NCBI RefSeq assembly: GCF_004010195.1
Contig: NC_057719.1
Location: 87,257,317 to 87,321,316 of the forward strand
Origin: Chiloscyllium plagiosum
Lineage: Eukaryota
Length of the DNA: 64,000 bases
Reading direction: 5' to 3'
Shown here: positions 49,291-62,431 of the stretch, piece by piece
Layout of the letters: every line of letters begins with the position of its first letter
Position numbering within the stretch: the first letter of the stretch is position 1
The notes under the pieces: model-generated
The model's input: the letters and a program-made list of their open reading frames with translations, nothing else
Told to the model about the DNA's origin: nothing
The model's database searches: none
Translations under genes and position numbers: made by a program

Positions 49291-49435
49291 ACGCGCGGAA
49301 GGGCCAGGGTTCGGGGCCGTCAGGGGTCAGGGGGTGTAACGGACACCGCTCCGCCTTCTCCATCCGGGACCTACACCGCGCGCAGTGACTGCGTCATCGC
49401 CAGCGCGACAGGAGAAGAGAAGAGAGAGTGAGTGA
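49290..49435. promoter_or_regulatory. CpG-rich candidate bidirectional promoter for CCDC32 (-) and pcmtl (+)
   Basis: Only CpG-dense patch between two divergent genes whose first coding exons both have splice acceptors; CGGAAG 49296-49301, GCGCGCAG 49378-49385, TGAC-tgc-GTCA 49386-49396; plus donor GTGAGT at 49428; minus donor candidate GTAGGT at 49374. Confidence 0.6.
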
Positions 49436-49729
49436 GTGAGGCCCTGAGGGGCAGGGAGAGAGAAAGAAAAGATAACGAATGAGAGATAGGGAGGGGGTGT
49501 GGAGAGAGAAAGAAGAAAAAGCTAAGTGTGAAAACTGTCAGTGTGAGAGAGGATAGGGAGAGAGAAACTGAGAGTGAGAGTGAAACTGAATGTGAGAGAG
49601 ATTGATAGAGATGTAGATGGAGGGAGAGAGAGGATGGAAGGGGAGAGAGGGAGGGAGGGAGGCAGGCATAAGGTCTAAGTTAAGGAACAGGAGTTGACTG
49701 TTGGGCATTAACTCCACTACCCTGTCCAA

Positions 49730-50390
49730 TCCCCATATCTCTCAACACCTAACATCTGCTCCTCTCCTTAAATATGTCCACTACTGTGGCATCTGTAATC
49801 CTCTGGGGTAGACAACTCAAAATAGGCAATCCTGTGAGTGAGGAAATTTTGCCTCCCTTGTTCTGAGACAGTGCACCTCTTTTGTGTTGGATTTCCTAAC
49901 TGGGGGAGCAAAACCTTGTAATGTCTGTCAATTTCTAGCCATCTTGTATGTTTCAATGAGATCATATTCTTCTAGAAAATATTGGCCCAATTTACTCAGC
50001 TTCTGTTCATTCCTATTGTGAGACAACCCCCTCATTCAAGAACTCTGTCTAATGGATATTTATTGCACTCCAACAAGATAAAGTATGACCTTCCTCAGGT
50101 AAGGAGACCAAAGTACCACTGAGATGCTCTCCCCAAAGCCCTAAGGTTTTGCAGTTAGACTTCCTTAATCTTAGTTTTGAACTGCTCTTTAATAAATGAT
50201 AACATACTGTTTGTCTCAGGAATTGTTTTTTGTACTGTGTATTAACTGGCTGCCTAGAAGGACCCTTGGTTCCACTGACTGTCAACATCCACCAGTTATT
50301 ACCTTCATGAAATATTTTGCTTTCCCATCCTTTCAACCAGAGTGGATAATATTCACATTTCCCCATATTATATTCAGTTTTCTTGCTCAC
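49730..50390 (-). mobile_element. Old CR1 fragment
   Basis: Reverse complement gives EYNMGKCE and tggtctccttacctgaggaagg CR1 motifs. Confidence 0.6.
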
Positions 50391-50484
50391 TCGCTGAACA
50401 GATTAACTTGCTGGAGTGAGAAAGGCAGGGAAAGGATGTAATATTTGGGTGTTTTGTGTGTATTTCTAGGTTGAGTGCTGGTTG

Positions 50485-50641
50485 ATGTCGGAGCTAATCA
50501 CTGTGCTTTGGTTCAGTTTAAGGGATATGATGACCATGCTGAGGCTCTCGGTTATTTTTCCAGTAGGAGTATTGCTTGTGAGGACAATGGCGTGGACCTC
50601 CTCTGGAAGCTCGCATTCATATCTAATCCAGAATCTTAAAA
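50485..50641 (+). CDS. pcmtl: Protein-L-isoaspartate O-methyltransferase-like, first coding exon (exon 50470-50641; in-frame ATGs at 50485, 50527, 50530, 50536, 50587)
   Basis: Acceptor gtatttctAG (50468-50469), donor GTAAGT (50642). From 50587, MAWTSSGSSHSYLIQNLK (55 nt, phase 1) matches recalled PCMT1 MAWKSGGASHSELIHNLR; joins in frame to 63292. Paralogue label (pcmtl vs PCMT1) is inferred. Confidence 0.85.
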
Positions 50642-52491
50642 GTAAGTATCAAAAGATTGTAGAAGCATACAGCTTGGAAAGAGGCCATTTGGCCGATTGT
50701 GTCTGCATTGACCAGTCAGAAGTTATTCAGCATAATCCCACTTCCTAGATCTGTAGTCTTGTATGCTTTGGCACTTGATGTGTGTTTCCAAATACTTTTT
50801 AAATGTTTTCAGGATTTTGGGCAGTGAGATGCAGATCTCCACCACCCTCAGTGGAAAAAATACCCCTGCAGATTCCTGTTAACGGTGACTGCACGTACAG
50901 GCCCTCATTACACACAGCAGCTGTACGTACAGGCCCTCGTTATGCACAATAATGATGCACATCCACATTAAGTCAGATCACGATCGCTCTGTGATGATGG
51001 ACAGACTGTTTCCTGTAGAAACATGGAATATGCTGGAGAAACTCCACAGGTCTGGAGCATAGAAACAGAGTTAACTTTTGAATCTGTTATGACTCTTCAG
51101 TTCTTCTTGACCAGTCTCCAGGTGTATTTTGTACCATCGGTTTTCAATTATCATGGTGTAACTTTAAACCATTATTGTGATGGCCTCCCATTCTTCACTT
51201 GCACATTTTTCATATTTCATAATATAAAGAGTTTCCAGGTATGTTTTTCAATTTGACTACAAAAGTATGTGAGTTTGTTCTTTTTCTCCTCTGTTGATAG
51301 AAACATACTTTTTAATAGCTCCTTTCTATGGAAAACATTTGTTTCTGATTGACAGCCAGCTTCACACTTTGCTTCCTCAATCATTTCCTCCATGACTTCA
51401 TTGTTTCAGATTAATAAACCCACACTGAGTGAGTTTTGCTATTAATTGTTTTCTCGTTGATTCGAGCAATGTACCATAGCCTTCTGTGCACATTCATTTG
51501 TTCCCCACTGATTGTTCAACATTTCCTCCAAATATTTGTTCACCGCCTTATAGTCTACTTCCTTTTCAGGTTGGGTGATCTCATTCAGCTGAGTAACTGT
51601 TCCGGTTAGTTTGTTTGCCTTGGTTTCAGAGTCATGTGCAGAACCCTCTCACAGGTTTGACCATTTTGCACAGACAGCATGTTTTTTTAATTTACTCAGA
51701 AGATGTGGGCATCACCGACTGGGCCAGCATTTATTTCTTTAATTGCCCTTGAGAAGGAGCTGCCACTTTGAGCTTCTGCAATCTGTGTGTTGTGGACACA
51801 CAATGTCCTTTCCTGTATGGTTACTGACTGCTTAATTTATGCATCAGACCCTCATTCTGTTCTGAAAATATTCTGCTCTTAACATATTCTGCTCTTAACA
51901 TTGTGCCAACTCTTCCAAACCATACCTCTCCTCATTCTCGTTCTCCAGATTGCATCAGAGTTTAAAACGTTCAAAGCTCTTTTCAAGATAAAAATTCTGT
52001 GGTTCTTCAGTCCGGGCTTTTAGATCTGATTACACCTGACTCTTTGATTCCTAAGGAATTCCTTCTCCTGTTCAAGGCATTTTTCACAATACTTTGTAGA
52101 GACTTTATGTACTTGAAGTTCACCAAATATTAATTGAAGATCTATCTTGATTGAATTTGTTTCTATGACATTTATCACATCTTTCAAGCCCTCATTCAAG
52201 TGTTTTACTTCCAAGTGTTGCTGCTGCATTTTTCATTAGCAAACTCATCTTTCAGTTTTAAATTGGTTCTTGATAACGTTCAGTGTCCCTTTAGCACGGC
52301 CTACTACCTGCTGCTACATCTGATATTCAGGGCACTTCTAAGACTAACTTTTCTTTGTCCTGGGTTATTTGCTTTACTATTTTAACTTGTCCAGCCTTAC
52401 AAACATGGGCTGTAGCTGCTGCTCACTTGGGAAATAGTCCAAAAGTTGTTATGCCTCAACTGGATCTCTTGACAGATTCAAGACTTGCGTA

Positions 52492-52711
52492 CAGGTCGTT
52501 CTGCTATAACATGCACTTTGTTTATGCACATTGGCTGTAATGCAATTGGTGAATTGGGGACATTATTTCTAAAGTGCGAACTTTTAAATCGTGAGTTAGC
52601 TGTAACGCGATTATACCGCCAACACTTTAAGCATTGTTTCTAAAGCATGATTTTTTTCTGTAATTTGGGGTTGCCCAAAAACATAACCATTGCGTTATAG
52701 AAGAACTACAG
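52492..52711. mobile_element. Tc1/mariner-pogo MITE related to 30388-30606, inserted in the Gypsy remnant
   Basis: TIRs caggtcgttctgctataac / gttatagaagaactacag; TA on both sides. Confidence 0.75.
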
Positions 52712-53387
52712 TACCTGCACTGCCAAATCATTACACTGTATAAATTCCATGTTTTAGAAGATAAGCTAGGAACAATTCCTACGCTAACAATTTCAACTAC
52801 TAAGTTGCTTTGTATAATAACTTTGTAAAAAGTAACAGGTTCATTAAACCCATAGGGATTCCCTACTAATACTTTTTCTTTCATTAAGCTGCCTGGAACA
52901 CAAATTGTATCATTAGCCACCATCAATGACTGATTTCTTTGGTAGCTCTTAAAATATTAATTTGCTTAATTGTGTTGGAGGAGAAATGGAACATTTGTTC
53001 CTTACAGATAAAACTGCTGTAAATTGTAGAAACCTGATACACTGTGGCAACATTCAATGAAGAATCACATTCCAATAGATTCTGAGGGAACTTGTTTCTT
53101 GTGCTGTTCTAACACAGATTCCTTTTTGTTTGTATTGTCCTTTTTTTTTTGAAGACTTTTAAAGTGTTCATAATAAACTAGTGAGAATATCACTCCATCT
53201 CCAACAATATACGCATGCATATCCTGTCTTATGACAATGATTACGTACTGAGTTTTGAAGACAATTTTTATTCTCGCTACTATCATTCTTGTTCATTGGA
53301 CCAGCTTCCTTGAAACTATATAACCTCAGTTTTTCTTTAGTTAACGAATGGTTTCTGATTTCTTTGTTCTCTTTCTTTTGTTATCTC

Positions 53388-53560
53388 TGTGCAGGTCAGG
53401 TGAATTGGCCATGCTAAATTGCCCGTAGTGTTAGGTAAGGGGTAAATGTAGGGGTATGGGTGGGTTGCGCTTCGGCGGGTCGGTGTGGACTTATTGTGCC
53501 GAAGGGCCTGTTTCCACACTGTAAGTAATCTAATCTAATCTAATCTAATCTAATCTAATC
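53388..53560 (+). mobile_element. 5'-truncated young HE1 SINE with (tctaa)n tail
   Basis: Near-identical to 4790-4944; atctctgt repeated at both flanks. Confidence 0.88.
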
Positions 53561-54115
53561 TCTGTTCTGCCTTACCAAGCTTGGAGTTCAAGTTTCAGCA
53601 TTTGCCTTGTTCTTTATAGTTCAAGAAGTTTAGCTAACTGAAATTGTGTTCCACTAACTTTAGACTCTTCTCATTCTAATCCCATAGCTATGTTATTATC
53701 TCTACTTTCCTGTTCTCTGCTTTGAACTCTCAACTCCAACATTTCTGCCAGAGATATTGACCTCGTATTGGTTACTTCTTGCAAATCTCTCGGATAAACC
53801 TTTTCTCTCTGGAAAGTTGTAGCAACTGACAAAAGCCGTTTGGGTTTTGAATGTGTTGTAGTTAACTTCCGGTGAAAATTGTATCAAATTTAACCTCAGC
53901 TAGTCCCAGTAATTGCAGGATTTGAAAATTCCGAAATAATTGCAATCCCAGACTAAACTGCCAAAGGTTGTGATCTGGCCAGAAACACAGATAACTGGAT
54001 AAAGTGTGAGGTCCAGGGGATTTGCAAAGAGAATAAAGGTGCAAGATTCTGTGACTTTTGAACAAATAACAATAAACCTTATTACAGGATTTTCGAGCAG
54101 TAATCCAATCAGCAT

Positions 54116-56240
54116 TAAATGTGCAACTTATGTCTAAAGGTACAACACTGCCAACTAGCCAACAATGTGGAAAATTGCCCAGGTACATTCTGTTCAAGAA
54201 AAGCAAGTCAGAACCAATCCAGTCAATTAACAGTCAATCAGTCTACTCTCGATCATCAGTAAAGTGTTGGAAAGTGCCATCAATAGTGCTATAAGGCAGC
54301 ACATGCTCAGCAAAGCCCCGTTTGGGTTTCGCCAGGGCTACTCAGCTCCTGACCTCATTATAGCCCTGATTCAAACATGGACAAAAGAGATGAATTCCAG
54401 AGGTGAGGTGAGAATGGCAGCCCTTGATAACAAGGCCATATTTGACTGAGTGTGGTGTCAAGGAACCCCAGTAAAACTGGAATCAGTGAGTATCGGTGAA
54501 AACTCTGCTGGTTAGAGCCATACCTGGCACAAAGGAAGGTGGTTGTGGTTGTTGGAGGTCAGTCATTTCTGCTGCAGAACATTTCTGGCAGGAGTTCCTC
54601 AGAGTAGTGTCCCAGGCCCAATCGTCTTTAGCTGCTTCATCAATGACCTTCCCTCCATCAAAAGAGCAGAAATAGGGATGTTCACTGATTGCATAATGAT
54701 CTGCACCATTCGTGACTCCTCAGATATTGAAACAGTCCATGTTCAAATGCAGCAAGATGTGGACAAGCTTGGGTGGGCAAGTGGCCAATAATATTGCCAG
54801 GCAATGACTATGTCCAATTAGAGTTCAACTAACCACCACCCCTTGGCATTCAATAGTGTTATCTTCACTGAATCCCCGCTGTCGACATCGTAAACATTAC
54901 CAATGACAAGTAACTTGATACAACTGTGGTAAATGGAGTTTAATTTGGATAAGTTTGAGAGATTGCATTTTGTAAAACAAACAAGGGCAGGACTTGTAGA
55001 ATTAAAAGTAGCTCCTTGGGTAGTGCTGTAGAACAGAGACACCTTGGGGTTCAGGTACATAGTTCGTTGAAGTTTGCATTCGAGTGGTTAGAAAGGCATT
55101 TAGCATACTTGCCTTCGTTGCTGAGACCTTTGAGTATAGGAGTTGGGATATTATGCTAAGGTTGTACAGGTCGTTGGTGAGGTCCCTGCTGGAGTACTGT
55201 CCAGCTCTGGTTGCCCTGTTATACTATGAGGTTGCTGGGAATGGAAGGTTTTGAGTTACAAGGAGAGGCTGGATAGACTGAGACTTTGTTCACTAGAGTG
55301 TAGGAGGTTGAGGGGTAACCTTACAGAGGGTTGTGAAATCATGAGGGGTACAGTAAGGTGTCTTTTCCCTAAGGTGGGAGATTTCAAGACAAGAGGACAT
55401 ATTTTTAATGTGAGAGGAGAAATATTTCAAAAAGACATGAGGGGCAATATTTTTACGCAGTAATTCGTGTGTGAACTTCCAGAGGAAGTGGTGAATGCAG
55501 GCGCAATTACACATTCAGATAAGTACATGAATAAGACATTTTGGAGGAATATGGGACAAGTTCAGGACTAGTTTAGATTGGGATTATGGTCAGCATGGAC
55601 TGGTTGGACAGAAGGGTTTATTTCCATGCAGTGTGACTCTATACCTGGAATTGTCATATCAATACATGGCTGCAAGAGCAGGTCAGAGTCTAGGAATATT
55701 GGGCGAGTAACTTACCACCTGACTCCCCAGAGCTTCCACATCTACAATGTACAAGTCAGGAGTGTGATGGAATGCAACCCACTTGTCTGGATGGGTGCAG
55801 CTCCAACAACAGTTGTAGCTTGACACCATCCAGGACAAAGCAGCCCATTTCATTGGCACCACACTCACTCCCCTGACCATTGACTGTGTGTACTGTCTAC
55901 AAGATGCATTGCAGAAATTTGCCAAAGACCCCATGTCAACACCCTCTCAACCATAGGTAAGGCCAAGGATAGCAGATACATGCAAACACCACACCCTGCA
56001 AATTTTCCTTCAAACCACTCAACATTCTCAGTGGGAAATATTTTACTGTTTCTTCACTGTTTTTGGGTCAAAATCCTGGAATTTCCTCCTGCAGGATATT
56101 GTGGGCCTCCCTACAGAGAGCACACTGCAGCAGGTCAAGAAGCAGCTGGTGACCACCTTCTCAAGGAGCAGCTAGGGATGGCCAATGAATGCTGACCCAG
56201 CCAGCAACACCTACATTCCATGACTGAATTAAAAAAAAAC
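54116..56240 (+). mobile_element. Second CR1-like LINE family RT-to-3' fragment, split by a CR1 insertion (54930-55642)
   Basis: FGFRQGYSAPDLI...ALDNKAIFD; GVPQSSVPGPIVFSCFINDLP; VRSVMECNPLVWM. Confidence 0.82.
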
Positions 56241-56730
56241 TCAATTAACACATGCTAAGTATTAGTAATAGACTGATCAAACATTCCATATCATAGTAAT
56301 AGTAATGCTGTGTAGTTTTGGTAATGCACACCAGACATTTAATAAGAGAGTAGATCATCAAATCTCATTGAACCTCAGTTATTACAATTTTTTTTTTACT
56401 TATTCTGATCTGACTCTGAGTCTCAATCGCAAGAAGTCACTGTCATGGACTGCCTCAACTGCTCATGTTCTAAACTGATCAGCCTCCTTTTGTGGGTCCA
56501 TACTGCCTTGGAGGCAGAAATTGCTTTCAGTACTAATTCACAAGCACAGCTGCAACTGACATTAGCCTCACTGAGCCAGTACTGCCCTGCTTTTTTTTCC
56601 TCCCGTGTACTCTGATCTTGCTCAGTTGCCTTCAGATACAAATCCTGAATCCACAGTAAATGCGCACATGCACGTCCTGAACACAAAATGAACGTGCTCA
56701 CAAGCATATCCTGAATGCACAATGAATGTA

Positions 56731-56873
56731 CAGAGGAACCTCGATTATCTGAAGGATGTGGATGGGGAGTATTTCGTTTGATTAGTCGAGTGCCGGGTAA
56801 CATAGTTTAGCCAAGCATCCAGATTTTGCTAGATAATCTGATATTCGAATGCCAGATAATTGAGGTTTCTCCG
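56731..56873. mobile_element. Tigger-like MITE inside a degenerate tandem repeat (~56640-57290)
   Basis: TIRs cagaggaacctcgattatc / gataattgaggtttctccg; TA on the left. Confidence 0.65.
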
Positions 56874-57964
56874 TCCACCCAGACTCTGAACACTGATGTG
56901 CAGACTCTAAACGCACAGTAAACATGCACATAGTCCCTGAGCAGAGAATGAATGAATGCAAACGCAGACTCTGAGCACAAAGTGACTTAACACGCTGACC
57001 CTCAACATACAATGATGATGCGCACAGTCCCTGAATATACATTGGTTCTGAACGTACAGGGATTGCACACGTTGACAACCCTAAAGAGACACACATTCAC
57101 CATGTGCACAGACATTGATCACTGCACAGAGCCTAATCTTTCTCAGTCACACTCTAATTGCACACAATGACTGCATGCACATATACTGATCTCTTTCAGA
57201 CTCTGAGCACCCCCACAGTGGTCGCGTGCACTAACCCCAAATTCTGGTACGCTCAGATTCTGAATGCGCGTGCACACACACGCACATTGCAGACTGACCC
57301 TGATCTCTCAAATTGTGCTTCTTAAAACTTCTGACTGAAATGGGAAAGTACAGGTTTTGCAAGGATTGCTGCATGCTTATAAAACGAGTAAACTTGATCC
57401 TGATAGCAAACGTTCATGCAGTTGCTTGGAGGAGATGAAATTGAAGTTTAGGTTGCAAACCAGCTGGAGTTGAGGGTTCTGTATACACATGGAGCTTTGG
57501 TTAATAACAAAAACATTGTTTGGTCTATACACTGGTGACTAGTTATTGATACCAAAGACCTTTTGAATGACTATGTGATTGGTGCTCACATAACTGAACA
57601 GCTTGGAGCTGGGAACAAAATGCAGAGAGAACTGATCAGATCTCCACCTCAGGAGCTGTCTTTTCCTGTTCTCCACAATCAAAATTCACTATAAACCCGC
57701 AGGAAACCAGTTTATCTTTCCTTCAACAGTTGCTGTAAACTGTGACTTTTAACCGATAAGTCAATGACATTGAATCAGTGAGCCAGCCAGCCAGCCATCC
57801 TGTGCATGTTGCAAACCAGTGGTATCATTTGGAAAAGGAAGTCTGAGAAGAAACCTTCCAATCCACAAAAAACATATCCACAGATCTTGCGAACAAAGAT
57901 AACTGAACCTCTTTCCGAATTTACTTCCGTCCGTGTTGTTGTAAGCTGTGACTTTTAAGACCAT

Positions 57965-58470
57965 ATAATGTAGATGCAGGAGTTGGCCATTCAGCCCATC
58001 TGGTCTGCTCCATCACTTCCCATCACCCTCGATTCCCTTATTGATTAAAAATCTGCCTGTGTCAGCCTTGAATATACTTCATGATCAAGCTTCAACAAGA
58101 ATTCACTGCCCTCAGAACGAAGAAATTCCTCCTCATCACTGTCTTAAATGGGCAACCTTTTATTCTAAGATTATGTCCTCTGATCCTAGATACAAGGGGA
58201 AACAACTTTTCTACATCTACTCTCTCTCGAGTCTCCTAAGAATCTTATATGTTTCAATAAGACCAATCTCATTTGTCTAAACTCCAATAAGCACAAGCCC
58301 AAGCAATTCAACCTCCTTATAAGACGCTCCCCCTCCATACCTTCTACCAGGTTAGTGAATCTCTCTGGTCTGCCTCCAATGTTAGTATATCCTTTCTATA
58401 TAACTGCTCACAGTATTCTGACTAATGCCATGTATACATTTTTAGCAAGGATTCCCAATTTTTATACTCC
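57965..58470 (-). mobile_element. Old CR1 3' fragment
   Basis: Reverse complement of the CR1 3' end (gaaacatataagattcttag; gatgggctgaatggcc). Confidence 0.7.
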
Positions 58471-58766
58471 AATTTTTGGCTTGTTAATCAAAGTTGTAGT
58501 GTTGGATTTCTCGTTGAATGAGAGCTGTTAGCACCGATAGTGGCCTCCAGCCTTTCTCTGGCACATGTACACTGCGGTGCAACAGTATTCTGTGCTCGCA
58601 TTGCAGCTTGCCATGGGCTGGGCTGTCCTGTCTGGACAGGAGTCAGGCACTGCATTGCTGCAGCATTCTGAGCACAGACTGCAGTGTTTTGGAGTCCCAA
58701 GTTCCGGGGTGTTTTGCCCTTGGCAGACTTATCGTGTTGCTGCAGTCTTTATAACGCTCTGTAAGA

Positions 58767-59097
58767 ATGATAGAATCCCTACAGTGTGGAAACAGGCCCT
58801 ACGGCCCGACACTCCAAACAGTATCCCACCCAAGCCCATTCCCTTACTACTGTACATTTATGCCAGGCTAATGCATCTAACCCACACGTCCCTGAACACA
58901 ACGAGCAATTTAGCATGGCAAATTCACCTCAACTGCACATCTTTGGACTGTGGGAGGAAACCAGAGTTCCCGGAGGAAACCCATATAGCCGAGGGGAGAA
59001 TATGCAAACACCACACAGACAATTGCCCGAGGCAGGAATTGAACCTGGGTCCCTGGTGCTGTGAGGCAGCAGTGCTAACCACTGAGCCACCGTGCCA
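58767..59097 (-). mobile_element. HE1-type V-SINE
   Basis: Full reverse-complement element. Confidence 0.9.
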
Positions 59098-60634
59098 CCT
59101 TCTGTGCCCACAAAGCATCTTGTCTCTCCTGACTGAGACTGCTATGTTGCTGCCTCTGTTTAGCAGCCTTGCACTCCCTTTGGAGATCATCTGGCCATGC
59201 CTCCTCCTCTGTTGTTCTCATCAGGTCTACACAAGAGCTCCGTCACTGCCCTCTGGCTGTGAAATTTACTCATTTGGTCTCTTGGCCCTGCATCAGTGGC
59301 ATGGCCTCTTCATCCTTACTTGCAAAATGCCTGTCAAAAACAATGCAAAATAATCATTCTTTAGTCAGACTACAGTTGTATTTTGGGCCACATGTAATAT
59401 TTCTAAATCAGCTGCCAATAATTATTCACTTTGCCTGGCCACAGTGAAGTGCAGACCAGTTTAAAAAATGCCAAGTTATCCACACCTATAACAGGAAGGT
59501 TGGGTTATTGTAACAGCAGCATCAATGCTGCACAATCCCAGGTTGTTATCACAGATATTCGTCCACCACCTTCATCTTTTGCTACCTATAGCAAGACTTA
59601 ATTTACACTCCAATTCCTTGAAATGTAGTTTGAAAAGAGCCCTTAATTGGGAGAGGCAAACAATGCTCTGCTTTCCCAGCTTTTTTTTCCACTTAATTTT
59701 GAAATTGTTTGCTATTTTGCTGCCCTAAACGATTCCAAGTCCAGTAATAACTCATGCAGCGCTACAAAATTGACACAAAGAAAATTCTTTTTAATCAGGG
59801 GTTAGTGGGAGCTAACTTTTCATTGCCATGTGTTCCTAAATTGTTTGGGGCAATCAGTTTGATGCATAACACTCCCCTTTTGGAAAGCCCCAGTAAAACC
59901 TGTACTCCTGCACCAAAATGGTTTTTGCCATGCCTTAATTTGAAGGATTACAGTAGCTGAGTTTTAATTAGCAGAATAAACTCAGAATGTTGTGGTGATC
60001 AGTTTGTTGTATCACAGTGCACATCAGAAAGCTCATATAGGACTTAACAAAAAAACGTACACAAACTCATCTGTTTAAAGTGAGTTACCTTTAAAATTAA
60101 GGCCAACATTCCATTTGCCTTCTCTGATATCCTCTGAAGCTATATGTTAGCTTTTTGTGATTTATGCAGGAGGGTTCACAAATCTCTCTACTGCAGCTTT
60201 CTGCAATCTTTCTCCATTTAAATAATATTCAGCCCCTCTATTGTTCCTGCTGAAGTGTTTAACCTCACGCATTCTATTCCATCTGCCAAGCTTTTGCCCA
60301 CTTGCTTAAACTGTCAATATACCTGTACATACTGTTTGAGTCATCCTCACCACTTACCTTCCCACCAAATTTTGTGCCATCTGCTAACTTGGCTACAGTA
60401 TGTTCACTTTCCCCATCCAAGTCATGAAAATATGTTGTTAATAATTGTGGCACTGCATTTGTTACGGGTTACCATCCTGACACATTGATGTCAGTGACTG
60501 TTTAAGAAGTGACCCAGCCACCCTGTGCCTCTTACAAACCATTGAAAGTATTTGGAAAAATGCAAGGCCAAGAGGAAACCTTCTAATCAGCAGGAACCAA
60601 TTCAACAGATCTCGTGAACAAAGGCGATCAAACG

Positions 60635-61508
60635 TTTTTTTTATTCGCTTGTGGGGCATGGGCGTTACTGGCTGGTCAGCCTTTATTGCCCATCCACGGT
60701 TGCCCTTGAGAAGGTGGTGGTGAGCTGTCTTCTTGAACTGCTGCAGTCCATGTGCTGTAAGTTGACCCACAATGACGTTGAGGAAATTCCAGGATTTTGA
60801 CCCAGCAGCGCTGAAGGATGGTATGTGGCTTGGAAGGGAACTTGCAAGTGGTGGGGTTCCCTTGTATCTGCTGCTCTTGCTTCTAGACAGAATTGGTTGT
60901 GGGTTTGGAAGGTGCTGTCTAAGACTCTTTGATGAGTTTCTTCAGTGCATCTTGTTGATGGTACACACTTCTGCCATTGAGCGTCAGTAGTGTAGGGAGT
61001 GGATGTTTGTGGCTATATCTAACAGGTGGGCTTCTTTGACCTGGATGGTGTTGAGCTTCTTGAATGTTGCAGCTGCACACATCCAGGCAGATAGAGAAGT
61101 ATTCTATCACACTCTTGGCTTGTGCCATGTAGACAATGAATGGGCTTTGGGGAGTCAGGAGGTGAGTTACTCAGTTCAGGATTCCTAGCCTGTGACCTGT
61201 TCTTGTAGCCACTCCATATATGTGGTGAGTCCAGTTGAGTTTTGGTCAATGGTAACCCCCAGGATGTTGGCAATGAGGGATTCAGTGATGGTAACACCAT
61301 TGAATGTCAAGGGGCAGTGGTTAGATTGTCTCTTGTTGGAGATGGTCATTGTCTGGTATTTGTGTGAGGTGAATGTTACATGCCACTTGTCTACCTAACC
61401 CTGGGTGTTAAGATCTTGTTGCATTTGGACATGGACTGCTTCACAAATGGTGCTGAACGTTATGCAATCATTGTTGTACACCCCTACTTCTGACCTTATG
61501 ATGGAAGG
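60635..61508 (-). mobile_element. Second CR1-like LINE family 3' fragment
   Basis: gcccttgagaaggtggtggtgagctg is the reverse complement of the family tail. Confidence 0.82.
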
Positions 61509-62431
61509 ATAGTATAGTTCTTTCCTGATTGCTCTCCATCCATGTATTTACTTTCTCTGTGTGTTTAAGGGTTCATTTATAAAGCAATTAGAGTTTTAAT
61601 TAGTAGAGTTACACGCTGACAGTTTGTATCCTGAACTTAGAGTTTAATTGTTTGTAATAAATAGTAAATCATATTAAGTGCCGACGCCCGTTTTGTGCTT
61701 TCTGTCAACCTGGGGCTTGAAAATCAGGTGAATTGCGGATCATTGTGTATTTTCTTAAAATTTTAAGTTTTGCCCAAACTCTGGGAATAGTAGGGCTTGA
61801 TTATCAATGTGCCACCCCAGTGACAACAATATGGTGACCGTGGACACAGGTAATGAATTCTGCGACTCTGCCTGAGACTTTCATGATATATTTGAGCCAT
61901 CCCTTTAACTGGACAGTTGTCATATGTGGTTTGTAGTATAGTGACAGCACGGGTTTGCAAATCGACCAGTTAGTTGTAATTTGAAACTCCACCCCACCAG
62001 TCTTTTTCCAACAGTATTGAGAAGTTTGAATGTCGATGTAATTCCAGACCCAATGGGAAGTGCTTGAGGCTGTGGGGGTAGTGCAAGTCCCCAAGATGGA
62101 GTTCAGTTACTGTTATTACAACCCACTTGGGAAAGTGCACTGATACTTGAGCCTTCAACCCGTGTCGTCACAGAAGTTAAAGATTTAAACAAAGTCCACA
62201 AAATATCCGATTTACCTATCTGGTGAGTCATGTTAGCGGAAAACTCAGTCCAGGTTCCTGTGCTTAATCACTATTTATTATCAATGAGTAAACTTTAACC
62301 ACGTGAACTGTCATCATGTGACTCTACTATTTAAAACTCTAACCCCCCATTAAAACGCTGACACTCTCATACAAACAAACAAAAACGGTGTTATGGGTGG
62401 AGAGAAACAAAAATTGAGGAAGCACTGCTCA

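Larger units (their letters stand above)
51105..54115 (-). mobile_element. Decayed Gypsy (Gmr1-like) LTR retrotransposon: LTR end, PBS-like site, gag, protease, start of integrase
   Basis: Degenerate knuckle RNHCHKTGYACVYCW (~53195-53250); protease region ILRATK/QSLMV...EFIQCNDLA (~52720-52960); ASEEWEA (~51185-51205); tggcagtttagtctgggatt after the LTR-like end at ~53967. Confidence 0.62.

Noticed and set aside
53527..53560. (TTAGA)n telomere-like run
   Set aside because: It is the microsatellite tail of an HE1 SINE, not vertebrate TTAGGG.
58565..59353. 262-aa plus-strand ORF
   Set aside because: Runs through an antisense HE1 SINE; chance open frame.
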